Source of the DNA: Elainellaceae cyanobacterium
Lineage (GTDB): Bacteria > Cyanobacteriota > Cyanobacteriia > CAZCXK01
Assembly (NCBI GenBank): GCA_051117555.1
Contig: JBNPEG010000013.1
Location: forward strand, 51,267 to 115,266
Direction: 5' to 3'
DNA length: 64,000 nt
Position numbers and translations under genes: made by a program
In this document: positions 1 to 10,748 of the stretch, in pieces
Numbering within the stretch: position 1 is the first letter of the stretch
How the letters are laid out: each line of letters starts with the position of its first letter
Notes under the pieces: generated by a model
What the model saw: only the letters and a program-made list of their open reading frames with translations
Told to the model about the DNA's origin: nothing
Databases searched by the model: none

Positions 1-339
1 CCAACCCGTGATATCGCGTTTACAGTTGCTCAGGCGGATGCAGATACTGCCTATGAAATCTTGGATGCCCTTGCTCCTGAATTGGGGTGTCGTGAAATCG
101 CCATAGACCGGGCGATCGCCAAGGTTAGCGTGGTGGGTGTGGGTATGATCGGAAGCCCCGGCGTAGCTGCTCGGATGTTTAACGCGCTTGCTGACGAGTC
201 GATTAACATTCAGATGATTACAACGTCTGAAATCAAGATCAGCTGCGTCGTTGCCGAATCCGATGGAATACAAGCCCTTCAAGCCGTTCATGCGGCATTT
301 AATCTATCGGGTTCCCAGACCCTTCAGGTTCCTGCTTAA
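1..339 (+). CDS. lysC: Aspartate kinase, C-terminal ACT domain (5' partial)
   Basis: Frame open from base 1; AKVSVVGVGM..PGVAARMF.AL....INIQMITTSEIKISCV is the typical aspartokinase ACT motif. Confidence 0.92.
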   Translation, partial: PTRDIAFTVAQADADTAYEILDALAPELGCREIAIDRAIAKVSVVGVGMIGSPGVAARMFNALADESINIQMITTSEIKISCVVAESDGIQALQAVHAAFNLSGSQTLQVPA

Positions 340-371
340 ATGCGTACGACATGATTTATAGCATCTAAGAC

Positions 372-980
372 TTAGTTGTCTGGTGAGGATAAATCTCCAT
401 TAGGTTCTTCAGGCAACTGATTGAGATTCTCTGGCAGAGAATTTTGATCAAATTCGAAGGGCTCGACAGATCCGGGCTCATTCAATGAATCGTCTGGGCT
501 ACCAAATGGATCAGCCGGTAGCGGCTGTTCTAGATCAAAATTAAACTCCGGACTCTCAAGTTGATTTTCGTTACTCGATTCTGGCAAGGTTGCCAATGCG
601 ACGCGATCGCCCCCAACCGAGCGCAGCAAGTCTAGTACCTCGACTACATCTGCATAGCGAGCCGATCGAGAGGCATATAGAACGACTAGTCCGTCTGGGC
701 TGTTTAGACGATAATCGAGCAGCAATTGAGTCAGCTGGTTCCGAGCAATCGGCTCTTGTTCGACATAGATCTGCCCAACCGGATCAACGCTGACCACAAG
801 CATTTCGCGCATTTGAGTGGTGCCCGTGGTCGCAGTGGGCAAATCGACATTGATTCCCATTTGCCGAGTCAATCCGACTGCCGCCAGAATAAAAAAAGTC
901 AAGATGCAGAAGATGACATCAATCAGCGGAATGATTTCAATCCGCACCTCTTCACTGGGCGCATCTAAATTAATTTTCAT
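372..980 (-). CDS. exbD: ExbD/TolR biopolymer transport protein with acidic C-terminal tail
   Basis: IIPLIDVIFCILTFFI TM motif; downstream of exbB-like gene. Confidence 0.88.
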   Translation of the reverse strand: MKINLDAPSEEVRIEIIPLIDVIFCILTFFILAAVGLTRQMGINVDLPTATTGTTQMREMLVVSVDPVGQIYVEQEPIARNQLTQLLLDYRLNSPDGLVVLYASRSARYADVVEVLDLLRSVGGDRVALATLPESSNENQLESPEFNFDLEQPLPADPFGSPDDSLNEPGSVEPFEFDQNSLPENLNQLPEEPNGDLSSPDN

Positions 981-1028
981 AACATCCTGATGTTTCGATA
1001 CTGCTAATTGCTACCAGAAATAGATGGG

Positions 1029-1062
1029 CTCGATTTTTTTTCTCGATTTTTTTCTCGATTTT
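1029..1062. repeat. Short tandem repeat CTCGA(T)n x3
   Basis: ctcgatttttttt ctcgattttttt ctcgatttt. Confidence 0.8.
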
Positions 1063-1105
1063 AGATTCTTCAATGCCCAAACGCCTTAAATCTTGAATAG
1101 CCTAC

Positions 1106-1142
1106 ATTGCTCAGCCAAAAGATTGCTCAGCCAAAAGATTGC
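1106..1142. repeat. 16-bp tandem duplication ATTGCTCAGCCAAAAG x2.3
   Basis: Read directly in the exbB-exbD spacer. Confidence 0.9.
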
Positions 1143-1796
1143 CTAAGTGTTGGATGGTTCTTTGCTCCGACTCCGGCTAGACCAATTTTTGCGATATAAG
1201 AGCTCTAACTCATTTCCAGACTGTCTAAATAACTTAACCTGACCTGATACGAGTCCTTGAAACAAGCGATAAAACACCAAAGTGACAATCGCAACGATGA
1301 GACCTGCCGCAGTGCTGATCAACGCCTCTGCAATTCCTAATGTTACGCCTGCTGTCGACGACGTTCCTAAATCACCCAATCGAATAGAGCCCAGAGAGTT
1401 AATCAGTCCCAAAACCGTCCCCAATAGACCTAGGAGAGGAGATAGCGCAATAACTGCTTCTAAGATCTTGTCACCGCGCCGCATTGTTGCTAATTCTTCA
1501 TCGGCGGCAGTCTGTAAGGCGAGCTGGAAAATTTCAGGTTCGGGGTCGTCTAACTCTAGAGCCGAATATAGAAATCTCCCGATGGGCTGATCCCCGGATT
1601 TTCGCGCGATCTCGGTCGCTGCACTCCACTCTCGACGAGCTGCCTCCAAGATGCGCCCGACGATTTCACGCTCGCGAGTGAGAATCTTCGACCAAAACCA
1701 AACTCGTTCGATAATGGTGCTTAACGCCAAAACCGATAGGATGAGCAGGGGCACCATAGCGATGCCACCCCTAGTAAATAACTCAATGATGTTCAC
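1143..1796 (-). CDS. exbB: MotA/TolQ/ExbB proton channel protein
   Basis: [12 protein letters not shown] and [13 protein letters not shown] motifs; GTG start at 1796 chosen from upstream GGAGG (track start 1844). Confidence 0.88.
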   Translation of the reverse strand: MNIIELFTRGGIAMVPLLILSVLALSTIIERVWFWSKILTREREIVGRILEAARREWSAATEIARKSGDQPIGRFLYSALELDDPEPEIFQLALQTAADEELATMRRGDKILEAVIALSPLLGLLGTVLGLINSLGSIRLGDLGTSSTAGVTLGIAEALISTAAGLIVAIVTLVFYRLFQGLVSGQVKLFRQSGNELELLYRKNWSSRSRSKEPSNT

Positions 1797-2116
1797 AGCG
1801 TGTCTTTTCCTCCGTACATGCTCGCAGCACTCCAAGCTACTCAATTCGTTAGGTCACATTCATGATTCAATCAACCATCTTATTGGAGAAGCTTGACATA
1901 CTGCTCAATCTTTATAGCGGAATCTTTAATGTCCTTATTAGAGTTCTAGGCTTTATATGCGGCATCCGAAAACTAAACTCGTGAGGTTAAAATTTCTGAA
2001 GCTTCATCAAAATGAGGCTCGGTTCTACTGGGATGATAGACCATCACCATTCAAATGTTCATTCCCTGGGATTCAATCCATTCGCTAGAGTTGAGATGTA
2101 GACGGAGGACGCTCAT

Positions 2117-2425
2117 ATGCAACTATTTGGCTGGTATCGCCACCTCATTCGTAATCCTCGTTATCGGTGGTGGATGATTATAGGTAGCTTGATCTATCTG
2201 CTAAGCCCCCTCGATATTTCTCCTGATCTACTTCCAATCGTTGGTCAAGTTGATGATGTCGTGGTTATGACGTTGCTGTTTTCTGAGGTGTTCCGTCTGG
2301 TTCTAAACCGAGGACAGATTGTAGAGGGCGATCGCTCTAGTGAGCAAAATCCGAATCGCACCTCATATCAAAGTGCTGAAGACGACGTCAAAACGGTCGA
2401 TGTGAAAGCGGTTTCAATGGACTAA
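2117..2425 (+). CDS. YkvA/DUF1232 family membrane protein
   Basis: YLLSPLDISPDLLPIVGQVDD motif; GGAGG RBS. Confidence 0.85.
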   Translation: MQLFGWYRHLIRNPRYRWWMIIGSLIYLLSPLDISPDLLPIVGQVDDVVVMTLLFSEVFRLVLNRGQIVEGDRSSEQNPNRTSYQSAEDDVKTVDVKAVSMD

Positions 2426-2526
2426 ATCGTGTTTATGTATTCCCACTTCTAATCCGCGTCCGTAGTATTAGGGAAATGCCGCATTAGAATAAGAAGAATG
2501 TTCGATAAGAGTTTTGCAAGATTTTT

Positions 2527-3615
2527 ATGTCAGTTTTAGCGCCAATTGCCGTTCTTGCACTGTTGATTGTGGTTCACGAGTTGGGGCATTTCATGGCAGC
2601 CCGGCTCCAAGGAATTCACGTCAACCGGTTTTCGATTGGGTTTGGGCCTGTCCTTTGGAAATATCAAGGCATTGAAACCGAATACGCGGTTCGCGCCATC
2701 CCACTGGGCGGGTTTGTTGGGTTTCCTGACGACGATCCAGATAGTGAAATTCCAGATAATGACCCAGACTTACTGAGAAACCGTCCTATTCTAGACCGGG
2801 CGATCGTAATCAGTGCGGGAGTCATTGCAAATCTTCTGTTTGCATACCTCGTATTTGTGGCTCAATTTGGTGCGTTGGGGGTGCCGCAAGCGTCTGAACC
2901 GGGTGTCTTAATTCCACAGCTTGCATCGGAGATTAATAGCGTTGCAGCAGAAGCAGGAATTGAGCCCGGAGATGTTGTGCTCAGCGCCAATGGCAACCCC
3001 TTTGATCAGTCTCTTGATGTCATCGAAGATTTCAAGACTACGATTGAGCAGAACGCGGGCAACCCGATTCGGCTTGGCATTCAACGAGATGATGAACGCC
3101 TATCTATTACTATTGTTCCTCGTGAGAGTGCTGACGGTCGCGGACAAATTGGCGTTGGGCTAAGCCATAACGGAACGATTGAATTTCGACGAGCAAGTAG
3201 CATTCTAGAAGTGTTCACGTTGGCAGCAAACGAATTTCAGAATATTTTTGTGGCCATCTTGCAGGGATTCAAGACGCTGATAACAAACTTCTCTGAGGTT
3301 GCGGGTCAAGTTGCAGGACCAGTTGGTATCGTCGACCAGGGTGCCAAGTTTGCTCGTGCTGACATTACCAGTCTATTTCCGTTTACGGCTGCAATTAGTA
3401 TTAACCTAGCAATCATTAATATCTTGCCTCTTCCTGCTCTTGACGGGGGGCAGCTCACCTTCCTGTTAATTGAAGGGCTTCGAGGTAAGCCTCTCCCCAA
3501 TCGCATTCAGGAAAATGTTATGCAGACTGGCATTGTTCTATTGCTTGGTTTGGGGGTCTTACTCATTGTTCGGGATACGACTCAGTTAGATGTGTTTCAA
3601 AATATTTTTCGGTGA
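2527..3615 (+). CDS. rseP: RIP metalloprotease RseP (M50, PDZ)
   Basis: HELGH zinc motif, NILPLPALDGG, central PDZ-like region. Confidence 0.93.
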   Translation: MSVLAPIAVLALLIVVHELGHFMAARLQGIHVNRFSIGFGPVLWKYQGIETEYAVRAIPLGGFVGFPDDDPDSEIPDNDPDLLRNRPILDRAIVISAGVIANLLFAYLVFVAQFGALGVPQASEPGVLIPQLASEINSVAAEAGIEPGDVVLSANGNPFDQSLDVIEDFKTTIEQNAGNPIRLGIQRDDERLSITIVPRESADGRGQIGVGLSHNGTIEFRRASSILEVFTLAANEFQNIFVAILQGFKTLITNFSEVAGQVAGPVGIVDQGAKFARADITSLFPFTAAISINLAIINILPLPALDGGQLTFLLIEGLRGKPLPNRIQENVMQTGIVLLLGLGVLLIVRDTTQLDVFQNIFR

Positions 3616-4310
3616 GCACCCGTAAGTTGCCTGCTAAAAAACAGCGATCGCTGGAGATTTTAGTCCGGCTCAAGCGCACCTATCCGGATGCGACCTGCTC
3701 ATTGACGTATCACACTCCGGTTCAGTTGTTGATTGCGACCATGCTGTCAGCTCAATGCACGGATGAGCGAGTCAATCAAGTGACGCCAGAGCTGTTTCGT
3801 CGGTTTCCAGATGCCGAGGCGATCGCCAGTTCTGATCTCAGCGACATCGAAACTCTGGTTCGCTCGACAGGGTTTTACCGAAATAAATCGAAGAATATTC
3901 AAGCCACGTGCCGTATGCTGGTCTCCGAGTTTGGGGGAGACGTGCCAATGCTCATGGACGACTTGCTCAAGCTGCCAGGAGTTGCCCGTAAAACAGCCAA
4001 TGTAGTCTTAGCTAATGCCTATGGCATCAATGCCGGAGTAACCGTTGATACTCATGTTAAGCGACTGAGTACTCGGTTGGGCTTAACCAAGCAGACCGAT
4101 CCGGTTCGTATCGAGCGAGACTTGATGAAACTGCTACCGCAGCCTGATTGGGAGAATTGGTCAATTCGCTTGATTTATCACGGTCGTGCCGTTTGCACCG
4201 CTCGAAATCCGGCGTGCGATCGCTGCATCTTGGCAGATTTATGCCCGTCTGTTGATGTGTCAAAAATTTCGCCGTCTGCGCCTCCAGCAATCACCTTTTC
4301 TCAATCCTAA
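3612..4310 (+). CDS. nth: Endonuclease III
   Basis: LSAQCTD, HhH LPGVARKTA, VDTHV, C-x6-C-x2-C-x5-C FeS motif. Confidence 0.95.
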   Translation: MSTRKLPAKKQRSLEILVRLKRTYPDATCSLTYHTPVQLLIATMLSAQCTDERVNQVTPELFRRFPDAEAIASSDLSDIETLVRSTGFYRNKSKNIQATCRMLVSEFGGDVPMLMDDLLKLPGVARKTANVVLANAYGINAGVTVDTHVKRLSTRLGLTKQTDPVRIERDLMKLLPQPDWENWSIRLIYHGRAVCTARNPACDRCILADLCPSVDVSKISPSAPPAITFSQS

Positions 4311-4495
4311 AATTTATACTGAGGGGGCTCAAAGCTCCGTATATCAAGGATTAGAATTGACAAACGAGCAGCATGTCTCCAGTGGTCTTACAAAATGGTC
4401 TTACAATAGGCGGATGGCGATCGCTCAAAGTTTCGCTATTATAAGAAATGCTGTCTAAATTTCCGAATTGCTGTCCATAGTTGGGAACGGAGTCC

Positions 4496-4798
4496 ATGGC
4501 TAAGAAAAGTATGATCGCGCGGGACGAAAAGCGCAAAAAAATTGTCAAAAAGTATGCGCAGAAGCGCAGCGAGCTAAAAGAACAATTTGCAAACGCTGCG
4601 TCCCAGCAAGAAAAGTTAGAAATTCATCGTAAAATTCAGCAGTTGCCGCGTAATAGCGCTCCGAGCCGAGTTCGCAATCGTTGCTGGCTAACGGGTCGTT
4701 CTAGAGGATATTATCGCGACTTTGGATTGTGCCGAAATGCGCTACGTGAAATGGCTCATCAAGGTTTGCTTCCGGGTGTTGTAAAGTCAAGTTGGTAA
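4496..4798 (+). CDS. rpsN: 30S ribosomal protein S14 (long form, 100 aa)
   Basis: [10 protein letters not shown]...[12 protein letters not shown]...[14 protein letters not shown] at 4496. Confidence 0.97.
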   Translation: MAKKSMIARDEKRKKIVKKYAQKRSELKEQFANAASQQEKLEIHRKIQQLPRNSAPSRVRNRCWLTGRSRGYYRDFGLCRNALREMAHQGLLPGVVKSSW

Positions 4799-4917
4799 AT
4801 CATGGAAGCGATTGCTGATACCGGTTGCCGGTAGTATAGATTGGGCTTGTGCCCTGCTTGATGCGGCACTTGATTTTATTCGCTCAATCGTTTCGCTCAG
4901 TCGACATCATTTTTTTA

Positions 4918-4957
4918 ATTGAGCCCATGTGCCCCGATATCGGCATGTGGGCTCAAT
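4918..4957. terminator. Hairpin downstream of rpsN
   Basis: ATTGAGCCCATGTGCC ... GGCATGTGGGCTCAAT inverted repeat. Confidence 0.65.
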
Positions 4958-5218
4958 GAGTAGACATCCCTCTCCCATCGTGTCAGTCAAAGAATATCTG
5001 AAACGCCGAAAATTTGTTGTTGGGCAATGCTCAGTTGAATCTACGGGAATTGAACTTCAAGCGTGAAATTAGTTGTGAAGTTTCTATTCTCTATTCGGGT
5101 TAAAACAGGGCTATAACGACTCGGATGCGCGTTAAGCGTATCTGCGAGAAGGAGGGACATACTGTGTCTACATCTCGGCACTCAACTCAAGAGCGTGTCG
5201 GTATAATCCGGTAATTTT

Positions 5219-5554
5219 TTACTGCCCACAGCAGCGATCAATCCCAAGGCTATCTAGCAGGAGATCGCTGACTGCATTGGCGACAGCAAACTCGCTGTAG
5301 AAGCTTTTCGAGAAATCAAACGCTTGCATCTCAGTTAGAATTGCAATCACAAGAGCACCGACGTCATTCTCGCCCTCTAGGCGCTGGCGGATAAAGACTT
5401 GAGACGCTTGATGTGCGATCTTTTGATTGACAGGTTCTGGAAGAAATTCACGATCGAGCCAGGTATGAAGCGCGTCTCGAAGCCATACTCCCTCTTGATG
5501 AGCGTCTTTGGGAGGCGGCAAGGTGATGGGAGGAATCGGTTCAGACATTGGCAT
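5219..5554 (-). CDS. Conserved hypothetical protein
   Basis: Protein-like ORF (WLDREFLPE..., AVANAVSDLL); resembles a conserved cyanobacterial/plastid family, function unknown. Confidence 0.7.
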   Translation of the reverse strand: MPMSEPIPPITLPPPKDAHQEGVWLRDALHTWLDREFLPEPVNQKIAHQASQVFIRQRLEGENDVGALVIAILTEMQAFDFSKSFYSEFAVANAVSDLLLDSLGIDRCCGQ

Positions 5555-5699
5555 CTAATCGATTAAAATATCTTCTACACGCGGCTTGGCGATCGCAAGC
5601 ACTGTAGTCAAGTTTTCAGGTACGGTATCTAGGAACTGTACTATCACTATACAACTCATAGACGAGCCTCTCCAGTTCCTGGTTTTTTAACAGAGCCAT

Positions 5700-6278
5700 A
5701 TGCAATTTAATGTTCCTGCTATCGTCGAAGGATACGCTCAAGGCTACTTCTTGATGGCTGACGAAAGCGGCACGCAACTGAGCTGGTATTCGAGCCGAGA
5801 AAGAGCCCTCATTCCGCTCGACCATCGGTTTCGATATCCGCGATCGCTCCAGCGTGTCCTGAATCAAGACCGCTTCACCGTTGCCGTCAACCGTGACTTC
5901 GAGGCGGTCATAGACGGCTGTGCCAATCGAGATACAACCTGGATTTCGTCCGAACTTAAGGAAATCTACAAGGCACTTTATCGAACGGGTTGGGCCTATA
6001 GCTTTGAGACGTGGCAAGGCGACGAGCTAGCAGGGGGGATTTTAGGGCTAGTGATTGGGGGTGCATTTATCGGTGAGTCGATGTTCTATCGAATTCCGGA
6101 CGGGTCTAAGGTGGCGATGGTCAAGTTGGTTGAGCGGCTGCGATCGCGCCAGTTTGTCTTATTCGATGCTCAGATGAATAATCCTCATCTTAAGCGATTT
6201 GGGGCGTATATCATGGCAAATGAAGAGTATCAGCGACTGCTAGAAAAAGCAGTACAGCGACGATGTACTATCAAATAA
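5700..6278 (+). CDS. aat: Leucyl/phenylalanyl-tRNA--protein transferase
   Basis: [38 protein letters not shown] motifs. Confidence 0.93.
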   Translation: MQFNVPAIVEGYAQGYFLMADESGTQLSWYSSRERALIPLDHRFRYPRSLQRVLNQDRFTVAVNRDFEAVIDGCANRDTTWISSELKEIYKALYRTGWAYSFETWQGDELAGGILGLVIGGAFIGESMFYRIPDGSKVAMVKLVERLRSRQFVLFDAQMNNPHLKRFGAYIMANEEYQRLLEKAVQRRCTIK

Positions 6279-6343
6279 ACTTTCTCAAATCAAGAGCGCG
6301 TGTTTGTGTTTAATCCCGTTTGCACACCGCTCTATTGTTAGTA

Positions 6344-7252
6344 TTAGCGCACTGCAAACCGACGCACTGCTAGCAAACTGCCCATTAACCCCACCGATCC
6401 TCCGAGAGCAAGCAATGTTAGCGGAAGTAAAATCGTTTGTTGGGGCGTTAATCTTAGACCATCGGCAAGAAATTGAATGAAATCAGGCTGCTGAGTCACT
6501 AATCGGCTTACAAATCGTTGAATGCCGATGATAAATCCCCACGAAATCATAGCGCCTGCAAGACCAAAGGTGATGCCTTGAAGAATGAATGGAAAATAAA
6601 TCCAGAGGGCTGTAGCTCCAACAAGCTGCATTACTTCGATTTCACGCCGTCGAGCCATCACAATCAGTCGAATTGTAGTAGTGATCACGGCGATCGCTGT
6701 TAACGTGAGGACGGTCGTAATGATAAAGCTGACCCAATTAAGCCCCTGGTTAAGTTGGGCAATCCGTCTGACGGCTTCATCTACATATTGCACATCATCG
6801 ACGCCTTGCATCTGTCTCATCTTTTCTGCTAAGGCAGGCACGACCTCTGAATTAGATGCTTTGACTTTCAGCTCATCCACTAAGGGGTTGCCATTAAGTT
6901 GCTGTGTTGCCCCTGGAATATCAGAGAGGCCCATATCATGAATCAATTCTTCCCATGCCTTTTCCTTAGAAACTGCGGTGACGGCTGTAACTTCTGGCAT
7001 TGATTCGACAAATGGCTGCAAATTTTCGGCTCGCACTCCCGCATCTAAATAGACCGATACCTCAAGCTGGCTGCCAAACTGGTTTAGGAGTTGCTCAAGT
7101 TGCCAGGAGGCGTGCAGGCTGATTCCAAATAGAAATAAAAGCACCGTTACCGTGCTCACGGCTGCCCAGTTCATCCATCCGCCCCGCTTTAGACCCAGTA
7201 ATGTCTCTCGAAGCAAATAGTCGGCTTTCGTGATAAATTCTAGCAACCGCAC
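6344..7252 (-). CDS. ftsX: Cell division permease FtsX
   Basis: TIRL...RRREIEVMQLVGAT...PF.L.G signature; TM pattern. Confidence 0.88.
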   Translation of the reverse strand: MRLLEFITKADYLLRETLLGLKRGGWMNWAAVSTVTVLLFLFGISLHASWQLEQLLNQFGSQLEVSVYLDAGVRAENLQPFVESMPEVTAVTAVSKEKAWEELIHDMGLSDIPGATQQLNGNPLVDELKVKASNSEVVPALAEKMRQMQGVDDVQYVDEAVRRIAQLNQGLNWVSFIITTVLTLTAIAVITTTIRLIVMARRREIEVMQLVGATALWIYFPFILQGITFGLAGAMISWGFIIGIQRFVSRLVTQQPDFIQFLADGLRLTPQQTILLPLTLLALGGSVGLMGSLLAVRRFAVR

Positions 7253-7262
7253 ACCTCCGTCC

Positions 7263-7302
7263 TATGACTATTATGACTATACGGTTAAAAATACGGTTAA
7301 AA
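7263..7302. repeat. Adjacent short tandem duplications (TATGACTAT x2; ATACGGTTAAAA x2)
   Basis: Read directly upstream of ftsX. Confidence 0.8.
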
Positions 7303-7499
7303 ATCAGGACTTATCTTATCTCGCTATTCGCTAAATGAACAGACTCATTCAGCCGGTTAACTCAATGCGTGGTTTCTTGCCATTAAAAGGCGAGGCGATC
7401 GCATCATTTCGGATACCCACCATAGTCTGAGACGACATGATTGACTAATATAGAAATACATCACACGTTTAATTGCTGCTGTTCATCAATACAAGCTCT

Positions 7500-8066
7500 A
7501 TGACTTCTCAAATTCTGGTTGAAAAGAAAAAGCTGGCCAAGCCTCCATTAGAGCTACATTATCTGGGCGATCGCTTACTGCGCCAGCCGACAAAGCGCAT
7601 TGCTAAAGTTGATGATGACGCACGGCAGCTAGCTCGTGATATGTTGCAAACGATGTATAGCGAAGATGGCATTGGTTTAGCAGCGCCCCAGATTGGCATC
7701 AATAAGCAGATGCTAGTCGTTGATTGCGAGCCTGATAACTCGGCAAATCCGCCGTTGGTTTTAATTAATCCGGTAATTCGCAAATCCAGTCGAGACGTGT
7801 GCGTTATCCAAGAAGGCTGTCTCAGCATTCCAGGCGTTTTTCTAGATGTGACACGCCCTGAGGTTATTGAGGTTGCCTATAAAGATGAAAGCGGTCGCCC
7901 TAAACGGTTGACGGTCAATGGGTTGCTTGCCCGCGTGATTCAGCATGAAATTGACCATCTAAACGGGGTTATGTTTGTAGATCGAGTCGACAATGCTCTA
8001 GCCCTCAATCAGGAACTGGCAAAACACGGATTTTCGGTTGAAGCCGTAAAGCCATTTGAAGGCTAA
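7500..8066 (+). CDS. def: Peptide deformylase
   Basis: GIGLAAPQIG, EGCLS, QHEIDHLNG motifs; ATG at 7500 preferred over TTG 7473. Confidence 0.96.
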   Translation: MTSQILVEKKKLAKPPLELHYLGDRLLRQPTKRIAKVDDDARQLARDMLQTMYSEDGIGLAAPQIGINKQMLVVDCEPDNSANPPLVLINPVIRKSSRDVCVIQEGCLSIPGVFLDVTRPEVIEVAYKDESGRPKRLTVNGLLARVIQHEIDHLNGVMFVDRVDNALALNQELAKHGFSVEAVKPFEG

Positions 8067-8231
8067 ATTTGAACTTGATTGATCTGAGGTGTTGACGTCT
8101 CGGCTTTGTTGGTTAAGCTAGTTAAGGCGATTCAAGTTTAAGAATGCTCATGATAGGCAGGGAAGATTCTTCTCCTGCCGTATGAGTGTGATTCTCACTG
8201 ATTACACTACATTGCATAAGGCTGGCTGTTT

Positions 8232-8426
8232 GTGACCCCTAAAAGCGGTTTGTTTCTCGCAGGCTCTTGTATAATGGCGATCGCCGCCGTCGGTTCAGTC
8301 TTTGAACTCTCCTCTGGAACACCACAGCTCGGCAGCTCGATTACAACTGTAATTTTGATTCTAAGTATTCCGTTGGCTGGCATTCTTTTTTATGCGGCTG
8401 TGCGAGATGCACGCGCGAATCAGTGA
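8232..8426 (+). CDS. Small two-TM membrane protein
   Basis: 64 aa, two hydrophobic helices. Confidence 0.65.
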   Translation: MTPKSGLFLAGSCIMAIAAVGSVFELSSGTPQLGSSITTVILILSIPLAGILFYAAVRDARANQ

Positions 8427-8556
8427 GCGTGAATATTAGTCATAATCTGAAGTTCCTTGCTTATTACTAGCAATATCGTCCTGGGTGCTACTCCGCATCT
8501 AACGTTGCCGGTTTGCTGTTCATTCTGCTCACATCCTCGCTACGGCATCCTCAACG

Positions 8557-9951
8557 ATGACCGAACCTTATCATCAAACTACAGCTTTGCTTTGGCGGCT
8601 TTTCCCCGGGAGCCGAAAGCGATCAGAATACCACCATCTATCATCTGATAGAGAGTTTACGGTGGGACGCGACCCTCGATGTGATGTAACCTTCGATTAC
8701 TTGATTCATAGCGAGGTGTCTCGTCAACACCTAAAAATTTGCTCCTTGCCCAACGCTTTCGGACTGTGGCAAGTTTGTGATCTCAACAGTTCAAATGGCA
8801 CGTATGTTAATGGCGAGCGCGTGCGTGATTGCCGTATTTTGAATCACGGCGATATTATTTCACTCGGTCGTCGAGGTCCTCAATTTATCTTTGAATTGCA
8901 GTTTTATCAACCGTTTCAGCAAGACCCTTCCCATTTTCTTGACTCTCCTGAACTGACCACAAAAGCATCGACAAGCCGTGCTATCTCTCGATCTGGATCA
9001 CGTCCATCTAATCCGTTTAACGCGACTGACCCCGCAACTCTAACTCAGCTCTTCCCTATCATTTCTACAGGGCGCGAGCTGGCGCAAAAAGCTCACTTGA
9101 TACCGGTCATCATTACCATTTCGTTTGTTGTTCTGATGTTTGCCGCTGTGGGTCAGACAGAATGGTTTAACTTTTTGTTAGCAGCCTACATATCAGGGGC
9201 TGCTTATTATTTTGTGTATCGTCTTTGCGATAAGCGAAAGCCATGGTGGCTCATTGTCGCGTCAGCAACGATAACCGCGCTTTTATTGGTCAGCCCACTT
9301 CTTCAAGGATTTTTGTGGTTTTTTCGAGGAGTATTACCTGGGCAACCTCAAAGCGATTCAACCTCAGTTAATCTCATCAGCTTAGTGTTCCAAATGTTCA
9401 TTGGAGCTGGGCTGATGGAAGAACTCATTAAGGCAATTCCGGTGCTCTTGGCCTATGTGATTGGGATGACTGTAAAGTCAACTCATCGTCAAGAGCAAAT
9501 TGGGATTCGTGAACCTTTAGACGGTATTTTGCTAGGTACAGCCTCGGCAATCGGTTTTACACTAGTCGAGACGTTGGGTCAATACATTCCTGCTATGGTC
9601 AACAGTGTCGCAGCGGGAGGGGAGACAGGAGATCTGATGGGACTACAACTTCTGATTCCTCGCATTCTTGGCTCAGTCTCAGGGCACATGGCATATAGCG
9701 GGTACTTCGGTTATTTCATTGGGCTGAGCGCATTTAAACCCCGCCAACGATGGAAAATTTTAGGCATTGGCTATTTAAGCTCATCGGTCTTGCATGCCCT
9801 CTGGAATGTGATGGGGTTCATTAACCCCATCGTTTTAGCTTTAGTAGGCGTGCTTTCATATGCATTTTTAGGCGCAGCCATTCTTAAAGCTAGAACGTTT
9901 TCTTTACATGAGTCGCAGCAAGGGGATAGTCACTCTACACACATGCCTTAA
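8557..9951 (+). CDS. FHA domain + PrsW-family intramembrane glutamic protease
   Basis: FHA GR..SR.H..D..S.NGTYVNG; PrsW EELIK, F...E, H and HALWN motifs. Confidence 0.88.
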   Translation: MTEPYHQTTALLWRLFPGSRKRSEYHHLSSDREFTVGRDPRCDVTFDYLIHSEVSRQHLKICSLPNAFGLWQVCDLNSSNGTYVNGERVRDCRILNHGDIISLGRRGPQFIFELQFYQPFQQDPSHFLDSPELTTKASTSRAISRSGSRPSNPFNATDPATLTQLFPIISTGRELAQKAHLIPVIITISFVVLMFAAVGQTEWFNFLLAAYISGAAYYFVYRLCDKRKPWWLIVASATITALLLVSPLLQGFLWFFRGVLPGQPQSDSTSVNLISLVFQMFIGAGLMEELIKAIPVLLAYVIGMTVKSTHRQEQIGIREPLDGILLGTASAIGFTLVETLGQYIPAMVNSVAAGGETGDLMGLQLLIPRILGSVSGHMAYSGYFGYFIGLSAFKPRQRWKILGIGYLSSSVLHALWNVMGFINPIVLALVGVLSYAFLGAAILKARTFSLHESQQGDSHSTHMP

Positions 9952-10033
9952 CAAGAAAAACGGGATTTAGAGAAAAATGAAATTTAGAAACATCCCTACT
10001 GACCCGCGCAATCACAGCATTAGCGATCGCCAC

Positions 10034-10687
10034 TTACTGCTCTGATGAATTTCTAGCCGGAAGTTGGGCAATGGCATATCGAGCGATCGCCAAACTGAGT
10101 CGAGCCTGCTCTACACCCGACAAGTCAGTCCAGGCGGCATAGCGGACCGATCGAAGCGCAGCTTCGAGTTGATCTGTGTTCGAGCCTCTCATTGAGAACG
10201 CCAAGGGACGTGCTAAAACCTGCAAATCATCATCCCCCCAATTGGGCAATAGATCATTGACACACCGAACAAGCTGTTCTGCTAAGGACAAATTTGCTGT
10301 CAATACGCGCTGAGCCTGCTCAGCAATGCTGAGCAAAACCGGTTGAGGGACTCGAGTCCCGAAGCGGGATACTAGCTCGGTGTGAAGTTCTTGAACTTGC
10401 TCAGGCGAGGATGCTGTGTCCCAGATTTGGTCTAATTGAGCGAAAAAGCGTTGACTCCGACTTGCGATGTCCTCTGTTGGCCAATCCGAAGCAACAGACT
10501 GCTCTAATTCTTCGAAATACGCATCTGCTTCTACTTGGCTTGGTTCCCACGGATAGGAAGAATCAACATTAAAGATAAGCTTCACGAGTTCTAGCTCTGC
10601 TTCTGCTTGAAATCGAGAAATCGGGGTGTTTGAGGAATCGCTGTTCATCGGGCTGCTCCTAAAATATGCATCAACCAAACCTGACAT
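10034..10687 (-). CDS. Conserved cyanobacterial hypothetical protein
   Basis: Helical protein (YPW.P..., DLQVLARPLA..MRG, EQARLSLAIA); likely start 10648; co-oriented with CHAT gene. Confidence 0.7.
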   Translation of the reverse strand: MSGLVDAYFRSSPMNSDSSNTPISRFQAEAELELVKLIFNVDSSYPWEPSQVEADAYFEELEQSVASDWPTEDIASRSQRFFAQLDQIWDTASSPEQVQELHTELVSRFGTRVPQPVLLSIAEQAQRVLTANLSLAEQLVRCVNDLLPNWGDDDLQVLARPLAFSMRGSNTDQLEAALRSVRYAAWTDLSGVEQARLSLAIARYAIAQLPARNSSEQ

Positions 10688-10748
10688 CAGTAGCTACACC
10701 ATCGCATTAAAGCGTTCCGTAACTCATACGTAATTTACGAAAATTGTT

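Noticed and set aside
5616..6017. 133-aa antisense ORF over aat (and similar antisense ORFs within the PP2C, amiC and 1335-aa genes)
   Set aside because: Shadow ORFs opposite well-supported genes
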